Source of the DNA: a virus | Lineage: Duplodnaviria > Caudoviricetes | Reading direction: 5' to 3' (one strand) | Virus record (IMG/VR): IMGVR_UViG_3300038313_000153 | Location: 1-26,268 of that record | Length of the DNA stretch: 26,268 bases | Notes under the pieces: model-generated | Seen by the model: the letters and a program-made list of their open reading frames with translations, nothing else | Database searches by the model: none | Told to the model about the DNA's origin: nothing | Translations under genes and position numbers: made by a program | Shown here: positions 25,242 to 26,268 of the stretch, one piece after another | Numbering within the stretch: position 1 is the stretch's first letter | Layout of the letters: the number at the start of each line of letters is the position of its first letter

Positions 25242-25276
25242 TTTACCACCTCCTCCCTTCTAAGGGCATAATTTAT

Positions 25277-25797
25277 CTAAACTGCAACATACTCAATGGT
25301 AAATAATATCTCTGTTGTATTACTTATAGCTGCAACTTGTAAACTTGTGGGGCTTGTATTATCTTTTGCCAAGACAATTCTCCCGTTCCGTAATCAAGAT
25401 TTGCTATATATCCCAGAGACATAGAGCCCATAGTCCTAGCGACCATAAAAGGTAACCCCCCCAGCCTAACGCTTCCAGCCATTGCCGCATCCTTCGCGCT
25501 TAATTGGATATTGCCATAGCAAGTAACCTTTTTATTGATCCTGATATATTCCCCAGATTGAACAGTATATGTGTGACTACCTGCGGTGGTACTGCCATAT
25601 AAGATAGGTGTCCAACTACCTTCTTCGTAGCGTAACCCGTGAACGGTTGCCAATGTCGCATTTTCAGCCAAATGCGTACTAACCGTATCATCAATCTTTT
25701 GAAAGTTTGCCGGTAAATCCGTCCCTATTGTTACTTTATGGTCATCCGTTAATTCTGGTTTAATTAAATTCAAGGTTCCACCCGTTAAAGTTGACAT
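25277..25797 (-). pseudogene. tail fibre-like gene with an apparent frameshift near 25381
   Basis: MSTLTGGTLNLIKP...ANFQKID, YEEGSWTP, GEYIRINKKV, GGLPF; the frame stops at 25324 while another frame continues RIVLAKDNTSPTSLQVAAISNTTEILFTIEYVAV to 25277. Confidence 0.6.
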
Positions 25798-26268
25798 TAA
25801 ACTAACACCTCCCATGATGCTCCTGTAAAGTCGTTCCACGTCCTAATTGTCGTTGTGTTCAGTTGTAAACCTCCATCCTTTGCCCATACATTGGTCAAAG
25901 TTCCCGTTGCAAAATCAGCCTTACTCGTCTCGGCAAGAAAAAAACCAACCGGTTCTTCTTGTCCCGGAATTACTTTTTCCAGCTGGATTTTCCCGTTACT
26001 GCCTATGCTGACTCTCAGGCCCGCAGTATTGGCGGCGTCGGGCAGGTCAATTATTACAGCTCCGTTAGCGGATTCAGCCAGGTTTTTAGCCCTTAAGCTA
26101 ATACTTCCTACTGTAGTCAGCATTCCAGTTGTCGGTGCTTTAAGATATTTGCCAGTAACCACGTTAAGAGCCTGACCGAATACGCCTGTGTCAAAACTAG
26201 CACTAGAATCTGCCGCTACGCCCTTGTGACTGTTCAAACTCCCATCAAAATGCCAGAGACCTACACAG
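25797..26268 (-). CDS. 3' part of a tail protein with N-terminal half of a LamG-like domain (runs off the right edge)
   Basis: Frame open to the window end: CVGLWHFDGSL...GVFGQAL...GSISLRAK. Confidence 0.75.
   Translation of the reverse strand, partial: CVGLWHFDGSLNSHKGVAADSSASFDTGVFGQALNVVTGKYLKAPTTGMLTTVGSISLRAKNLAESANGAVIIDLPDAANTAGLRVSIGSNGKIQLEKVIPGQEEPVGFFLAETSKADFATGTLTNVWAKDGGLQLNTTTIRTWNDFTGASWEVLV

Noticed and set aside
1188-26175. Numerous plus-strand ORFs in the ORF track
   Set aside because: They are antisense shadows of well-supported minus-strand genes, without RBS or recognisable motifs
23562-26268. Diversity-generating retroelement or invertase shufflon acting on tail genes
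   Set aside because: No reverse transcriptase, recombinase, template/variable repeat pair or inverted crossover sites seen

Overview
A 26-kb segment of a tailed (probably sipho-type) phage of a Firmicute host, most likely Clostridia. Essentially all genes lie on the minus strand. Read in transcription order (right to left): tail/fibre genes, lysis module (membrane proteins, amidase endolysin, holin), replication genes (primase, SSB, DnaE-type polymerase, RecA, Cas4-like exonuclease, RuvC-like and Hjc-like resolvases, RNase H), then terminase small subunit and thyX. No integrase, helicase, tRNA or CRISPR array was seen. The most striking feature is a nucleotide-metabolism cluster directly upstream of the polymerase: MazG-like, dNMP kinase/N-deoxyribosyltransferase fusion, HD nucleotidase, a second ThyX-fold protein with a rewired active site, and a short ThyA-fold protein with the dCMP-type Asp. 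It sits alongside an intact canonical ThyX and dCMP deaminase, which suggests an undescribed pyrimidine-modification pathway. Other points: five look-alike promoter cassettes, four with a CACTCA(A)GAGGAGG leader motif; boxA-like elements; a (TAG)8 origin-like intergenic region; near-total GATC avoidance except in the tail genes; a LamG domain split over two ORFs; and a plus-strand remnant of a copper-amine-oxidase-type stalk domain. All protein calls come from motif recognition by eye, not database searches.
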